Notes: generated by a model not told the origin, from the sequence alone. Shown: positions 39,785 to 50,835, counted from the first letter of the stretch. The stretch: 64,000 bases of DNA from Deltaproteobacteria bacterium (GCA_016210005.1 JACQVA010000168.1:9547-73546); one strand, 5' to 3'. Translations and numbers: made by a program.

Positions 39785-40830
39785 CGTACCGTCTCCTGGG
39801 CCCGGCGCCACCAGCGCCGGCGCCGCGTGCCTTGCGCCTCGCCGGCGCGGCGGTCGCCGATGAGCGGCTCGATCAACAGCAGCAGCAGCGCGACCGCCAG
39901 CGGCAGCTGGAAGCGATGCTCGAAGCGGCGCTCGAGCGTGCTCGCCAGCTCGCGCTTCTCCATCTTCGCGATGTAGTCGCGATACAACTCGGTCAGACCG
40001 AACGACGCGCCGGCAGCGTGTAAGTAGACGCCCCCGCTGTCGACGGCGATCTGCTTGAGCGCCTCCTCGCCCAGGCGCGATTTGATCACCTGGCCGCTCT
40101 TGTCCTTGACGAATCCGCCCGACTCTCCCGGGACCAACTCGCCCTCGGCCGTGCCGATGCCGACCGAGTAGATCTTCAGACCGCGCTCGGCGGCGCGCTG
40201 CGCGGCTTCCTTGACCTGTCCTTCGTGATCCTCACCGTCAGTGATCAAGACCAGCGCCTGGTGGCTGCCCTGGCGGCCTTCGAAGGCTTCGAGGGCGACG
40301 TTGATGGCCTCGGCGATGGCGGTACCGCCTTTCGGGATCAAACCGACTTCGACCGCCTCCAGGCTTTGGGCGAAGGCGCCGTAGTCCAGCGTGAGCGGGC
40401 ATTGCACGAAGGCGGTGCCGGCAAAGGCCACCAGGCCGACGCGGTCGCCGTTGAGTTGGGTGAGCAAATCCTGCACCGCCAGCTTGGCACGCGCCAAGCG
40501 GTTAGGTTTGACGTCGGTGGCGAGCATGCTGCGCGAGGTGTCGATGGCAACGACGAGGTCGATGCCTTCGCGGTGCACCTCCTGCCAGTGAAAACCCCAC
40601 ATCGGGCCGCCGAGCGCGAGGATGAGTGCGAGCACCGCCAGCGTCAGCAACGCCGCCCGCACCGTGCGGCGTCGCGGATCGATATCGGGCACGACCACCG
40701 GCAGCAGTCCGGCGGCAATGAACGTCTCGAGCGCCAGCTGGCGGCGGCGGCGCGCCCACAGCCAGAAGGCCAGCAGCACCGGCAGCAGCGCCAGCGCGAT
40801 CAAACTGAGCGTGTCGCGCCAGAGTATCAT
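39781..40830 (-). CDS. VWA-domain membrane protein BatB-like
   Basis: Two N-terminal TM segments, then VWA with MIDAS DLVVAIDTSRSM...TA(I/G). ATG 40830 overlaps the batA stop (ATGA). Confidence 0.85.
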   Translation of the reverse strand: MILWRDTLSLIALALLPVLLAFWLWARRRRQLALETFIAAGLLPVVVPDIDPRRRTVRAALLTLAVLALILALGGPMWGFHWQEVHREGIDLVVAIDTSRSMLATDVKPNRLARAKLAVQDLLTQLNGDRVGLVAFAGTAFVQCPLTLDYGAFAQSLEAVEVGLIPKGGTAIAEAINVALEAFEGRQGSHQALVLITDGEDHEGQVKEAAQRAAERGLKIYSVGIGTAEGELVPGESGGFVKDKSGQVIKSRLGEEALKQIAVDSGGVYLHAAGASFGLTELYRDYIAKMEKRELASTLERRFEHRFQLPLAVALLLLLIEPLIGDRRAGEAQGTRRRRWWRRAQETVR

Positions 40831-41822
40831 GGCAACTTCCGCAGCACCGTTTCGCTCAGCCCGATTTCCAGCAGCAGCAGGCCGAGCGCAGGCCAAACCA
40901 GCCAGGCATAAAGTTCACGGTAATCGTGAAACTGTGGAGCTTCGAACGGAGTCTTTTCGCTGCGGTCGATCTCGGCGTAGATGTCGCGCAGGCTCGGGGT
41001 GTCGGTGGCACGGAAGTAGCGCGCCGAGGTGGTGGCCGCGATCTGCTTCAAAGTCGGCTCGTCGATATCGACCTGCATGGGGCGATAGACCTTGTTGCCG
41101 AACAGATCTTGCGCCGGATACGGGGCCACGCCGCGGGTGCCGGCGCCGATGGTGTAGACCTTCACTCCCAGTGTGGCCGCGGCCTCGGCCGCGGTCTGCG
41201 GCGTAATCCGCCCGGCGTTGCTCTGGCCGTCGGTGAGCAGGATCACGAACTTGGTCTTGGCCGTCGACGCCCGCAGGCGATTGACCGCGGTCGCCAGACC
41301 TGAGCCGATCGCGGTGCCGTCTTCGATCATGCCGACTTTCGCTCGCTCGAGGTTCTGGTTGAGCCAGCCGTGATCGAGGGTGAGGGGGCACTGGGTGTAG
41401 GGGCGGGCGGCGAACAGGACCAAGCCGATGCGATCCTCGGGGCGGGCGGCGATGAACTCTTTGACCACCGACTTAACCACGTCGACTCGGCTGGCGCGCG
41501 CACTGCCGAGAGTGAAGTCCTCGGCGAGCATGCTGCCGGAGACATCGACCGCCAGCACGATATCGACGCCTTCGCGGTGCACGCGCGTCAGGGCGGTGCC
41601 GAGCTGCGGCCGGGCCAAGGCGAGCACGATGAGGAGCAAGGCCAGCGCGCGCAACAGCCCGAGGAGCGCGCGCCGGCGTGCTGCCCCCGCCGGCGCTACC
41701 GCCCGCAGCACCGCCAACGTCGGATAGCGCACGGCGCCCGCGCGTGCGTCCCGCCGCCGGCCCGGCCACAGCAGCGGCAGCAGCCCGAGCAAGAGCAGCA
41801 GCCATGGGCTAGCGAGCCGCAT
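40827..41822 (-). CDS. VWA-domain membrane protein BatA-like
   Basis: N-terminal TM segments, MIDAS DIVLAVDVSGSM, GTAIGSGL, and a C-terminal TM. Confidence 0.85.
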   Translation of the reverse strand: MRLASPWLLLLLGLLPLLWPGRRRDARAGAVRYPTLAVLRAVAPAGAARRRALLGLLRALALLLIVLALARPQLGTALTRVHREGVDIVLAVDVSGSMLAEDFTLGSARASRVDVVKSVVKEFIAARPEDRIGLVLFAARPYTQCPLTLDHGWLNQNLERAKVGMIEDGTAIGSGLATAVNRLRASTAKTKFVILLTDGQSNAGRITPQTAAEAAATLGVKVYTIGAGTRGVAPYPAQDLFGNKVYRPMQVDIDEPTLKQIAATTSARYFRATDTPSLRDIYAEIDRSEKTPFEAPQFHDYRELYAWLVWPALGLLLLEIGLSETVLRKLP

Positions 41823-42846
41823 GCTTGCCCTCCGGCGGCGCGCCCAACAGGTTGGCGGCGGTCTCGTCGATGAAGCGTTTGGCGGCGCTGAAGGCGCGCT
41901 CGCTGTCGGCGATGGTCGGTACGTGGCGGGCGAACTTCACCATGTCCGACTCGGTCAGGAATTCTCCCAACAGGCCGCGATGCGTCGCCTGCAGCCGCCC
42001 GTTACGGGCGCTGCCGAGCAAGAACTCTTCCGTAGTCATCTCGGGGGCGCGCATGCCGAAGCGTTGCTCGACATAGGCGCGCACCACCGCCGAGAGCGCG
42101 GAGTAATATTCCTTGAAGTTGCCCTCCTCGATCAGCCCGCGCCGGCGCAGGCGGTTGAGCGCCTCGAAGGCGACTTCGTGCGGCGGCTTGGGCGGGGCCG
42201 TCGCCGCCGCACGCCGCGAGCGGTTGAGCACGCGGTACAACACGGCGGCGAGCACCAACAACAATGCCAGCGCGCCGCCGACGAAGTAGTAGGGCCGCCA
42301 GTCGATGGGAAAGTCAGCCACTTCTTTGATTTCGCGGATGTCGTTCGGGTTGCCGGCTTGGGCGAGCAGGCTCTCGACCGTGACGACGATCTCCTGCCCG
42401 GCAGCTTCTTTGAGTTCCTCGCCGGGTTGGCGATAGTACACCGGCGGTGACTTCACCAAGCGCTCGCCGATCTCGTAGCCCGACAGCGTGTACCAACGAG
42501 TGAGCACCGTCCGGCCGTCGCGCTGGACCGGCGGGGCATCGCCGAAATCGATGATGTCGAAGTCGCCGATCCTCTCCGTCGGTTGCGCTAGGACGATTTC
42601 CACTTCCGCCGGGGCGCTGACCGCAACGGTATAGCGAAAGCGTGTGCCAATGGTGACGCTGTTGGGCTCGGCCTGGGCGTGAATTTCGACCGGTGCAGCC
42701 GCGGTGGGCGGCGCTGTCTCGTCGGCTAACGCGGCGGTGGCGGCGACGAGCAGCAGCGTAACCACGAGCGCGGCTCCGCTCACCGGCTGGCGCCGCAAGC
42801 GGAGAGGCGAAGGCGGAGCGAGAGAAGGGCACCTCACGGCGTTCAT
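41809..42846 (-). CDS. Bat-operon membrane protein (BatD-like N-domain + TM + DUF4381-like C-domain)
   Basis: Signal/TM, then a beta-rich segment (PNSVTIGTRFRYTVAVS), a TM (YYFVGGALALLLVLAAVLY), then PPHEVAFEALNRL...YYSALSAVVRAY. ATGA overlap with the DUF58 gene. Confidence 0.55.
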   Translation of the reverse strand: MNAVRCPSLAPPSPLRLRRQPVSGAALVVTLLLVAATAALADETAPPTAAAPVEIHAQAEPNSVTIGTRFRYTVAVSAPAEVEIVLAQPTERIGDFDIIDFGDAPPVQRDGRTVLTRWYTLSGYEIGERLVKSPPVYYRQPGEELKEAAGQEIVVTVESLLAQAGNPNDIREIKEVADFPIDWRPYYFVGGALALLLVLAAVLYRVLNRSRRAAATAPPKPPHEVAFEALNRLRRRGLIEEGNFKEYYSALSAVVRAYVEQRFGMRAPEMTTEEFLLGSARNGRLQATHRGLLGEFLTESDMVKFARHVPTIADSERAFSAAKRFIDETAANLLGAPPEGKHAAR

Positions 42847-43718
42847 TGCCGCCGCTCGCGCATGCGAAAGAAGCGCAGCAGCGCTTCGGTGTAGGGCTTG
42901 TCGGTGTCGACCACGATGGCGTCGACGTTGCAGGCACGCAGTAGGCGATCGCGTTCGGCGCGCGCCTGCGCGGCCTGCTGGGCGAAGGCCGCGCGAATAC
43001 CGGCATCGGCGGTGTCGACCACGTAGCGGGCGCCGGTTTCGGCTTCTTCCAACTCCACCAGCCCGACATCCGGCAGCACCGCCTCACGCGGGTCGTTGAG
43101 CACGACGGCAATCACGTCGTGCCGGCGGGCGGCAATCTTGAGTGCCTGGCGGCAGTTGGGATCGAGGAAGTCCGAGACGATGAAGACGACGCAGCGCCGT
43201 TTGGTAACGCGGCCGAGATGTTCCAAGGCGGCGGGGATGTCGGTGCCGCGGCCGGCGGGCTTGAGCGAGAGCACCTCGCGGATCACCCGCAGAACGTGGT
43301 GGGTGCCTTTACGCGGTGGCAGCGCCAACTCCACCCGATCGCTGAATATCAGCAAGCCGACCTTGTCGTTGTTGGTGATGGCCGAGAAAGCGAACAGCGC
43401 CGCCAACTCCGCCGCCAGAGCGCTCTTCAGCTGCCGCACGCTGCCGAAATATTGCGAGGCGCTGGCATCGACCAGCAGCATAACAGTAAGCTCGCGTTCT
43501 TCGGCGTAGCGCTTGACGTAGGGGACGCCGCTGCGCGCGGTGACGTTCCAGTCGATGGTGCGAACTTCGTCGCCCGGCTGGTACAGCCGCACCTCGGCGA
43601 ACTCCATGCCGCGGCCTTTGAAGACGCTGTGGTACTGGCCGGCGAACATGTCGGTGACCAGATGGCTGGTGCGGATCCGGATTTTGCGCACCGCCTTGAG
43701 CTGCTCGCGTGAGAGCAT
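42843..43718 (-). CDS. DUF58 (VWA-like) protein of MoxR operons
   Basis: Contains [27 protein letters not shown] and LLVDASASQ. It sits in the classic position after moxR. Confidence 0.85.
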   Translation of the reverse strand: MLSREQLKAVRKIRIRTSHLVTDMFAGQYHSVFKGRGMEFAEVRLYQPGDEVRTIDWNVTARSGVPYVKRYAEERELTVMLLVDASASQYFGSVRQLKSALAAELAALFAFSAITNNDKVGLLIFSDRVELALPPRKGTHHVLRVIREVLSLKPAGRGTDIPAALEHLGRVTKRRCVVFIVSDFLDPNCRQALKIAARRHDVIAVVLNDPREAVLPDVGLVELEEAETGARYVVDTADAGIRAAFAQQAAQARAERDRLLRACNVDAIVVDTDKPYTEALLRFFRMRERRQ

Positions 43719-43761
43719 GGCCTCGCTCGTTGCTACCTACTGCCTTGGTCCCTTTGCCCGC

Positions 43762-44751
43762 TCACGGCACCGGCACGCCGTCGAAGACGCGTTTGACGAT
43801 CTCGTCGGAGTCGATTTCCTCGGCCTCGGCCTCGTAGGTGACGATGACGCGGTGGCGCATGACGTCGGGGCCGATCGACTTGACGTCCTGCGGCGTGACG
43901 TAACCACGCCCTTGCAGGAAGGCATGCGCTTTGGCCGCCAGCGTCAGGTACAGTGTCGCCCGCGGCGAGGCGCCGTACTCGATCAGCGGAGCGAGATCGA
44001 GCTGGTAGGCCGCCGGCTCGCGGGTGGCGAACACGATGTTGATGACGTACTCCTTGATCTTGTCGTCGATGTAAATCTGATCGACCAGCTTGCGCGCGTG
44101 CATGATGTCGGCCGGGGACACCACCGCAGCGGCGCCTTGATGATCGCCGGTGCTCGCCATGCGATCGAGGATCTGGCGCTCCTCTTCGCGCGAGGGGTAG
44201 CCGATGCGCAGCTTGAGCATGAAGCGATCGACCTGGGCCTCCGGCAGCGGATAGGTGCCTTCTTGCTCGATCGGATTTTGTGTGGCCAGCACCAGGAACG
44301 GTTCGGGTAGCGAGTGGGTGGCGTCGCCGAGGGTGACCTGATGCTCCTGCATGGCTTCGAGCAGGGCGCTCTGCACTTTGGCTGGGGCGCGGTTGATCTC
44401 GTCGGCGAGGATGATCTGGGCGAAGAGCGGGCCTTTCTTGGTGGTGAACGAGCCGTCGCTCGGACTGTAGATCATGGTACCGATGAGGTCGGCCGGCAGC
44501 AGGTCGGGGGTGAATTGAATGCGCCGGAAGCTGGCACTGACGGCCTGGGCCAGGGTTTTCACCGAGAGGGTTTTGGCCAGCCCCGGCACGCCTTCGAGCA
44601 GCACGTGGCCGTTGGCGAGCAGGCCGATCAGTAGCCGATCGATCAAGTAACGCTGGCCGACAATGACTGTACCGATCTCCTCGCGCAGGCGGTATGCGAA
44701 GGCGGAGGCTTCCTTAACCTGGTCGTTGAGCGCTGCGATTCCCGTGTCCAT
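43762..44751 (-). CDS. moxR: MoxR-family AAA+ ATPase
   Basis: Walker A is [11 protein letters not shown] and Walker B is ILADEINRA. Also [10 protein letters not shown] and a length of about 330 aa. Confidence 0.93.
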   Translation of the reverse strand: MDTGIAALNDQVKEASAFAYRLREEIGTVIVGQRYLIDRLLIGLLANGHVLLEGVPGLAKTLSVKTLAQAVSASFRRIQFTPDLLPADLIGTMIYSPSDGSFTTKKGPLFAQIILADEINRAPAKVQSALLEAMQEHQVTLGDATHSLPEPFLVLATQNPIEQEGTYPLPEAQVDRFMLKLRIGYPSREEERQILDRMASTGDHQGAAAVVSPADIMHARKLVDQIYIDDKIKEYVINIVFATREPAAYQLDLAPLIEYGASPRATLYLTLAAKAHAFLQGRGYVTPQDVKSIGPDVMRHRVIVTYEAEAEEIDSDEIVKRVFDGVPVP

Positions 44752-44963
44752 CTTCAGTCATCCTATCTTGTTGTCGCGGTAGTGATCGACTCCGCCGTCG
44801 TTGGACGGCGAGCCCCGGGGCCGCATTCAGCACTGCACCAGCGCCGCCGCGGCCAGCGTTGTGGTGTAGCGGCCACCTGCGGGTGGGTCAAGCGCGCATG
44901 GCTCAGCCGGAAGCGATCTGATAGGAGGTTGCTGGCGGTCAGCACATCGCCACCCGGATCGAC

Positions 44964-45875
44964 ATGTCGGCAACGCAGCTGCTCTTCGTGATTGGAAAAG
45001 GCGGGGTGGGCAAGACCATCGTTGCCGCGGCGCTGGCGCGCGGGGCGGCCGAGCGCGGACGCCGGGCGCTGGTGGTGGAAACGGCGAACGACGGGCGGTT
45101 GGCCCAGCTCTTCGGCGGCCGCCCGCTGGCGAGCGAGCCGCAGCGGCTAGCGGCGCGGGTGAGCGGCGTTCGCCTCGATCCGCGCCAACTAGTCGAAGCC
45201 TATTTCACCCGCCTGCTGCGGGTGCCGATGCTGGCGCGGCGCCTGTTCGCCAGCGCCTCGTTCAACGCCTTGACGGCGGCGGCTCCGGGCGTCAGCGAAT
45301 TTCTCATCCTCGAACGCTTGCTGGAGTGGGTGGCGCCGTCGGGGTTGCTGGCGCGGCGGGCTTACGACCTGGTGATCGTCGACGGGCCGGCGACCGGCCA
45401 GGCGCTGGCGTTGCTGCGCACGCCGCGTAACCTCGCCAGCATGGTGCCGGCCGGCCCCATCGGCTCGACCGCCCGGCGGTTGCTCGGGTTGCTGGGTAAT
45501 CAGAGTCGCACGCGCGTGCTGCTAGTCGCTATTCCGGAAGAGCTGGCCATAAACGAGACCATCGAGGCGCACAGCGCGCTGGTGGCGGACCTGGCGCTGC
45601 GGGTGGAGCGGCCGGTGTTGAATCGGGTATTTCCGCGACGTTTTTCGCGGGCTGAGGCGGCGCAGCTGGCGGCGCAAACGGGCGACGACGGCATGCTGCT
45701 GGCCGCCGCGCGCTTTCAACTGGCGGCGCGGCGCGAAGCCGAGCGCCATCTCGGCCGGCTGCGGCGCGCGCTCGGGGTCACGCCGATTGTGCTGCCGCAA
45801 ATCTTCAGCGAGGCGTTGGCGGCGCCCGAGCTCGACGGCGCCGCTCGCCGACTTTGTCGGACGCTGCTGGACTAG
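44964..45875 (+). CDS. ArsA/Get3-like P-loop ATPase, subunit 1
   Basis: P-loop FVIGKGGVGKTIVAAALA and DGPATGQALALL (A-loop/switch region). Confidence 0.75.
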   Translation: MSATQLLFVIGKGGVGKTIVAAALARGAAERGRRALVVETANDGRLAQLFGGRPLASEPQRLAARVSGVRLDPRQLVEAYFTRLLRVPMLARRLFASASFNALTAAAPGVSEFLILERLLEWVAPSGLLARRAYDLVIVDGPATGQALALLRTPRNLASMVPAGPIGSTARRLLGLLGNQSRTRVLLVAIPEELAINETIEAHSALVADLALRVERPVLNRVFPRRFSRAEAAQLAAQTGDDGMLLAAARFQLAARREAERHLGRLRRALGVTPIVLPQIFSEALAAPELDGAARRLCRTLLD

Positions 45876-45920
45876 GTGCGCTGGTTGATACGCTCGGCGA
45901 TGTATTCTCCGCCTGACTCA

Positions 45921-47048
45921 ATGAAACCAATGACCGCCAGCAACAAGACTCCCGCTGCGCCGCCCAGTTATCCGTTGCTGCGCAAGCGGCTGCTGATTTG
46001 TGTCGGCTGCGGCGGTGTCGGCAAGACCACGGTGGCGGCGGCCCTCGGGGTGGCTGGCGCACGCAGCCAGCGGCGGGCCGCGGTGATCACCTTCGATCCG
46101 GCGCGGCGGTTGAAGGATGCACTCGGTATCCCCCGCCTGACCACCGAACCCCATCCCGTGCCGCTCGGCGACCACGCCGCCGCGCTCGAGGCGATGGCTT
46201 TGGATACCAAGCGCACTTTCGATGCCGTGGTGCGTCGCTTCGCTCCGAGTCCGGAGACCGCCGCGCGCATTCTTGCCAACCGTCTCTACCAGCAGCTCTC
46301 CGACGAGCTCGGCGGCTCGGCGGAGTACATGGCGATGGAGACATTGCACGAATTGATGCACCACACGCGCTATCAACTGCTGGTCGTCGATACGCCGCCG
46401 AGCGCCCATGCCCGCGATCTGCTGGCGGCGCCCGCCCGCCTCAGCGACTTGCTCGCCTCACGGGCAGTGACGTTGATCAAGGACCCGGCCTCGTTGCTCG
46501 GCAGCGCGGGGTCGGGGGCGGCCCGCGTCGGGCTGTCGGCCCTGCTCAAAGCGCTCGAGCGCTGGACCGGCCTGAGCGTGCTCGACGATCTTGCCGGCTT
46601 TGTCTCCGGTTTTGAAAGCATGATCGGCGGCTTTCAAGACCGTGCCGCCGAGGTCGGCCGGCTGCTGCGTGCCGCCAGCACCGCCTTCGTACTGGTGACG
46701 ACACCCGAGCCCGACGCCGTCGCCACCGCGATCGAATTCCACCGCGAGTTACAGGCCGGCGGCTTTCGCGTCGCGGGCGTGGTCGCCAACCGGGTACTGG
46801 CTTTTCCCCGGCGCGAGACCCTCGCCCTCGAGGAAAGCCAATGGCCGCCGGTGCTGTTGCGCAAGCTGCTGGGCAATTACGGGGATCTTAACACCCTGTC
46901 GCGGCGCGATCGGCGCACGCTGGCGCAACTGCATGCGGCCACGGGCTTGCCGCTGCTGGCTGCCGTGCCGATGCTGCCGGAGCCGCCGAACTCACTGGCA
47001 GCCTTGCACCGCTTCGCCGGCTTTCTGGCCCCGGGTATCGCGGACTAG
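45921..47048 (+). CDS. ArsA/Get3-like P-loop ATPase, subunit 2
   Basis: Deviant P-loop ICVGCGGVGKTTVAAALG and DTPPSAHARDLL. The start (ATG 45921) is uncertain. It follows subunit 1 directly. Confidence 0.72.
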   Translation: MKPMTASNKTPAAPPSYPLLRKRLLICVGCGGVGKTTVAAALGVAGARSQRRAAVITFDPARRLKDALGIPRLTTEPHPVPLGDHAAALEAMALDTKRTFDAVVRRFAPSPETAARILANRLYQQLSDELGGSAEYMAMETLHELMHHTRYQLLVVDTPPSAHARDLLAAPARLSDLLASRAVTLIKDPASLLGSAGSGAARVGLSALLKALERWTGLSVLDDLAGFVSGFESMIGGFQDRAAEVGRLLRAASTAFVLVTTPEPDAVATAIEFHRELQAGGFRVAGVVANRVLAFPRRETLALEESQWPPVLLRKLLGNYGDLNTLSRRDRRTLAQLHAATGLPLLAAVPMLPEPPNSLAALHRFAGFLAPGIAD

Positions 47049-47163
47049 GGCAGCGCGTACGGTCCGATCGGTGCCCTGGAGACAAACGCGGCGACGCCGA
47101 GAGGCGCGGAGGAAGGAGCGTTCCTGCGCTTCTCGGCGCCGCTGCGGCGCAGGGGGGCCTGCT

Positions 47164-48414
47164 TCAGAAAGCGTAGATCAACTCGGTCGCCACGGTATCC
47201 TGACCGCGCAGGCCGCTGTCGCCGTTGGCGATGTTGCGCTCCTCTTTGTCGAAGAAGCGCTTGTCCGATTCGTCGTGGCGGTACTCCGCCCGCAAGGTCA
47301 AACCGTCGGTGATCTTGTAGGCGACCGCCGGGGTGACTTCCCAGAAAGTAGCGCCGGGGCCGAAGCCGTCCTCCTGGAAGCCGGTGCGCACGCCATCAGG
47401 ATCGTCGAAGATCTCGCCGCGCACGGCCACTTGCAGCTCGTCCGTGGCCGCCACCACCACGTAGCCGGCGATGCCCTGCCACATCGAGCTGCCGGCGGCG
47501 GGGACGACTGATTTGAAGCCGGTGGGCGCGGGCGTCGAGTCGAGCGCGATGTCGCTCTCGTTGCCGTAGTTGTAATCGATGATGAGCGTGAGCTGCTCGA
47601 CCGGCTTGATGGTGACCAGCGGCGTAACCATCAGCCGCTTCGACCGGCCGCTGTCGCTTTGCTCGGCCCCGTAGGTTCCCGACAGCGCGAACGAGACCAT
47701 CGGATGTGGCGTCAGGGTCAGCATCGCGTGGGCGCTCTTACCGTCGTTGTTGTCGACGACGTTGTCCCAGCCGTTCACCACCCCGGCACTGATGCTGCCC
47801 AACTCGTTGGGTAAGGTGTAGGTGCCGACGAGGCCGGTGTGAGTGAATGGGATCGAGTTGCCGAACAGTATCCCACTCGAGATGTTGTAGTTCTGATTGT
47901 TGTACGCCTTGATGATCTCGGCGCCGTGGAAGGTGACGAACTTGCCCGCTTGGAGGCTGAAGGGGGTGTTGGCGATCGAGTACTTCAGGTAGGCCTGGCG
48001 CAGCTCGAAGGAGTTCGAGCTCTCCGAGCTTGAACCGTTGCTCCAGCGGGTGAAGCGGCCGACCACTTCGGCGGTCTTGCCGAAATCGAGATCAACCAGG
48101 AAGCCGAGCCCCTCGGGTTTGTTGCGCTGGATGTTGAGGTTCGCTTGGTCGAGGGCGAAGGTGTTGGCGTCTTCATCAAAGACGTGGAGGCGGTTGGCCT
48201 TCGAATCGGGCGAGTTGAAGTTGTAGCTGTAGTTACCTGCGACAAAGCCGTGGAACTCGACACCGAGCGCCTCGGCCACGCTACCGCGGCCCTCGCCGAT
48301 CTTCTTCTCCAGCGTCTCGACCCGCTGCTGCAGGGTCTGCGCGGCCGCCCCACCGGCCCACGCGAACAGCAAGACAGCAGCCATGATCCAAGTCTCTCTT
48401 GATACTCTGCGCAT
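47164..48414 (-). CDS. Outer-membrane beta-barrel porin (unassigned family)
   Basis: RBS GAGGAGGAGGGG precedes ATG 48414. Signal peptide MRRVSRETWIMAAVLLFAWAGGAAA|Q. Alternating hydrophobic strands and the terminal ...TELIYAF typical of OMPs. Confidence 0.65.
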   Translation of the reverse strand: MRRVSRETWIMAAVLLFAWAGGAAAQTLQQRVETLEKKIGEGRGSVAEALGVEFHGFVAGNYSYNFNSPDSKANRLHVFDEDANTFALDQANLNIQRNKPEGLGFLVDLDFGKTAEVVGRFTRWSNGSSSESSNSFELRQAYLKYSIANTPFSLQAGKFVTFHGAEIIKAYNNQNYNISSGILFGNSIPFTHTGLVGTYTLPNELGSISAGVVNGWDNVVDNNDGKSAHAMLTLTPHPMVSFALSGTYGAEQSDSGRSKRLMVTPLVTIKPVEQLTLIIDYNYGNESDIALDSTPAPTGFKSVVPAAGSSMWQGIAGYVVVAATDELQVAVRGEIFDDPDGVRTGFQEDGFGPGATFWEVTPAVAYKITDGLTLRAEYRHDESDKRFFDKEERNIANGDSGLRGQDTVATELIYAF

Positions 48415-48491
48415 TTTCCCCTCCTCCTCGGGTGTTGTGGCTCGAACAAACAACATGCTTCGCCGCCTGGCGGCGCTACGCATCCTTGGCC

Positions 48492-48507
48492 AGCAACGCG
48501 GATGCCA
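48492..48507 (-). promoter_or_regulatory. Sigma54 (-24/-12) type promoter upstream of the porin gene
   Basis: The minus strand reads C-TGGCAT-CCGCG-TTGCT, with GG and GC at canonical spacing. It lies about 80-90 nt upstream of ATG 48414. Confidence 0.5.
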
Positions 48508-48695
48508 GAGCGGAGTATGAAACCGGTTCGCCACTTCGCCGGGGACATGTCCGGTCGCCGCGCCGCGGCGCCAAGTTGCGCTGCCCATTAATCAGGCGTT
48601 GCCGTAAAATCAAGCACGAAAAGATGAGCCTCACGCGGTGGCTCTTCTATTGGCTGGGCGGCCGGGGTATGCAGAGCGGCGGGAGGAGTGAACAC

Positions 48696-49511
<816 letters not shown>

Positions 49512-49602
49512 CCGGCGGGGAGCGCGGCGGGCGAGCCGGAATGCCCGCTGTCGCGCTTAGGCCACATGGCCTCACTGCTCATCCGGTGCTAGGTTGCGGC
49601 TC

Positions 49603-50835
49603 ATGATCAGCGTGCGCGAGGCGCTCACGACGGTGTTGCTGGAGTTGCCGCGCCTGGGCTCGGAACAGGTGCCGCTGCCAGCGGCTTATCGGCGCGTGCT
49701 GGCGGCTGCGGTGCGCGCCAGCCGTGATGTTCCGCCGTTTCGCAACTCGGCGATGGACGGCTTCGCCATTCGGGCCGCCGACGCCGCACAGGCATCGGCG
49801 GCGGCGCCGGTGACCTTGCGGGTGCTCGAAGTCATCGGCGCCGGTTCGCTACCGACCCATCCAGTCGAAGCCGGCACCGCCACCAAGATCATGACCGGGT
49901 CACCGCTACCGGCGGGGTCGGATGCGGTGGTGCGAGTTGAAGATACGCACGAAGGCAACGGTACGGTGACGGTGCAGGTGCCGGTGACGCTCGGCGCCAA
50001 CGTACGCGAGCCGGGCGAAGACATGCGGGCGGGGGAGACGGTGCTGAATGCCGGCCGGCCGTTGCGGCCGGCGGACGTCGGCCTGCTGGCGTCGCTTGGG
50101 CTGGCGGTGGTGCGCGTGACTCGCCGCCCCCGGGTGGCGATCTTGACCACCGGCAACGAGTTGGTGGAACCCGGCGAAGCGTTGGGGCCGGGCCAGATCG
50201 TCAACAGCAACGCTTACACCTTGGCGGCGGCGGTGGCCGAAGCCGGCGCCGAGGCGGTCATGCTCGGCATCGTGCGCGATCAGCCGGAGCAGATCGAGGC
50301 GGCTTTCGCCGACGCCTTCAAGGCGGATGTGGTGCTATCGACCGGCGGCGTATCGGTCGGCAGCTTCGATTTCGTGCGCCGCACGCTGCGCCAACTGGGA
50401 TACGAGGAACGCTTCTGGAAGGTGGCGCAGAAACCGGGCAAACCGCTCACCTTCGGCTTGCGCCAGGGCACGCCTGCCTTCGGGCTACCGGGCAACCCGG
50501 TGTCTTCGCTGGTGTGCTTCTATCTCTATGTGGTGCCCGCGCTGCGGGCGATGATGGGCATGGAACGGATCCACCTGCCGAGCATCGAAGCCGAGGTCAC
50601 CGAGGAGGTTACCACCGCGGCCGGCCTGACCGAGTTCGTCCGTTGCGTCGTGGAGCAGGGCGACGGCGGCTATCGCGTGCGGCCGGCGGGCTCGCAAAGC
50701 TCGGGCGTGTTGCGCTCGATGGCGGCGGGCGAGGGGCTGCTGGTGGCGCCACCGGAGCAAGCCGTGGTCGCGCGCGGCAGCCGCGGGCGGGTCATATTGT
50801 TGAGCCAGGAGGCGGCGGCCACCCCGCCGTTTTGA
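49603..50835 (+). CDS. moeA: Molybdopterin molybdenumtransferase
   Basis: MoeA fold blocks: FRNSAMDGFA, IMTG.PLP.G.DAVV, LSTGGVSVG and GLPGNPVSS. Confidence 0.92.
   Translation: MISVREALTTVLLELPRLGSEQVPLPAAYRRVLAAAVRASRDVPPFRNSAMDGFAIRAADAAQASAAAPVTLRVLEVIGAGSLPTHPVEAGTATKIMTGSPLPAGSDAVVRVEDTHEGNGTVTVQVPVTLGANVREPGEDMRAGETVLNAGRPLRPADVGLLASLGLAVVRVTRRPRVAILTTGNELVEPGEALGPGQIVNSNAYTLAAAVAEAGAEAVMLGIVRDQPEQIEAAFADAFKADVVLSTGGVSVGSFDFVRRTLRQLGYEERFWKVAQKPGKPLTFGLRQGTPAFGLPGNPVSSLVCFYLYVVPALRAMMGMERIHLPSIEAEVTEEVTTAAGLTEFVRCVVEQGDGGYRVRPAGSQSSGVLRSMAAGEGLLVAPPEQAVVARGSRGRVILLSQEAAATPPF

Noticed and set aside
38885-39976. 363-aa Leu-rich ORF on the + strand
   Set aside because: It is antisense to the batC-like gene. 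Its poly-Leu run is simply the reverse complement of the poly-Gln CAG/CAA tract.
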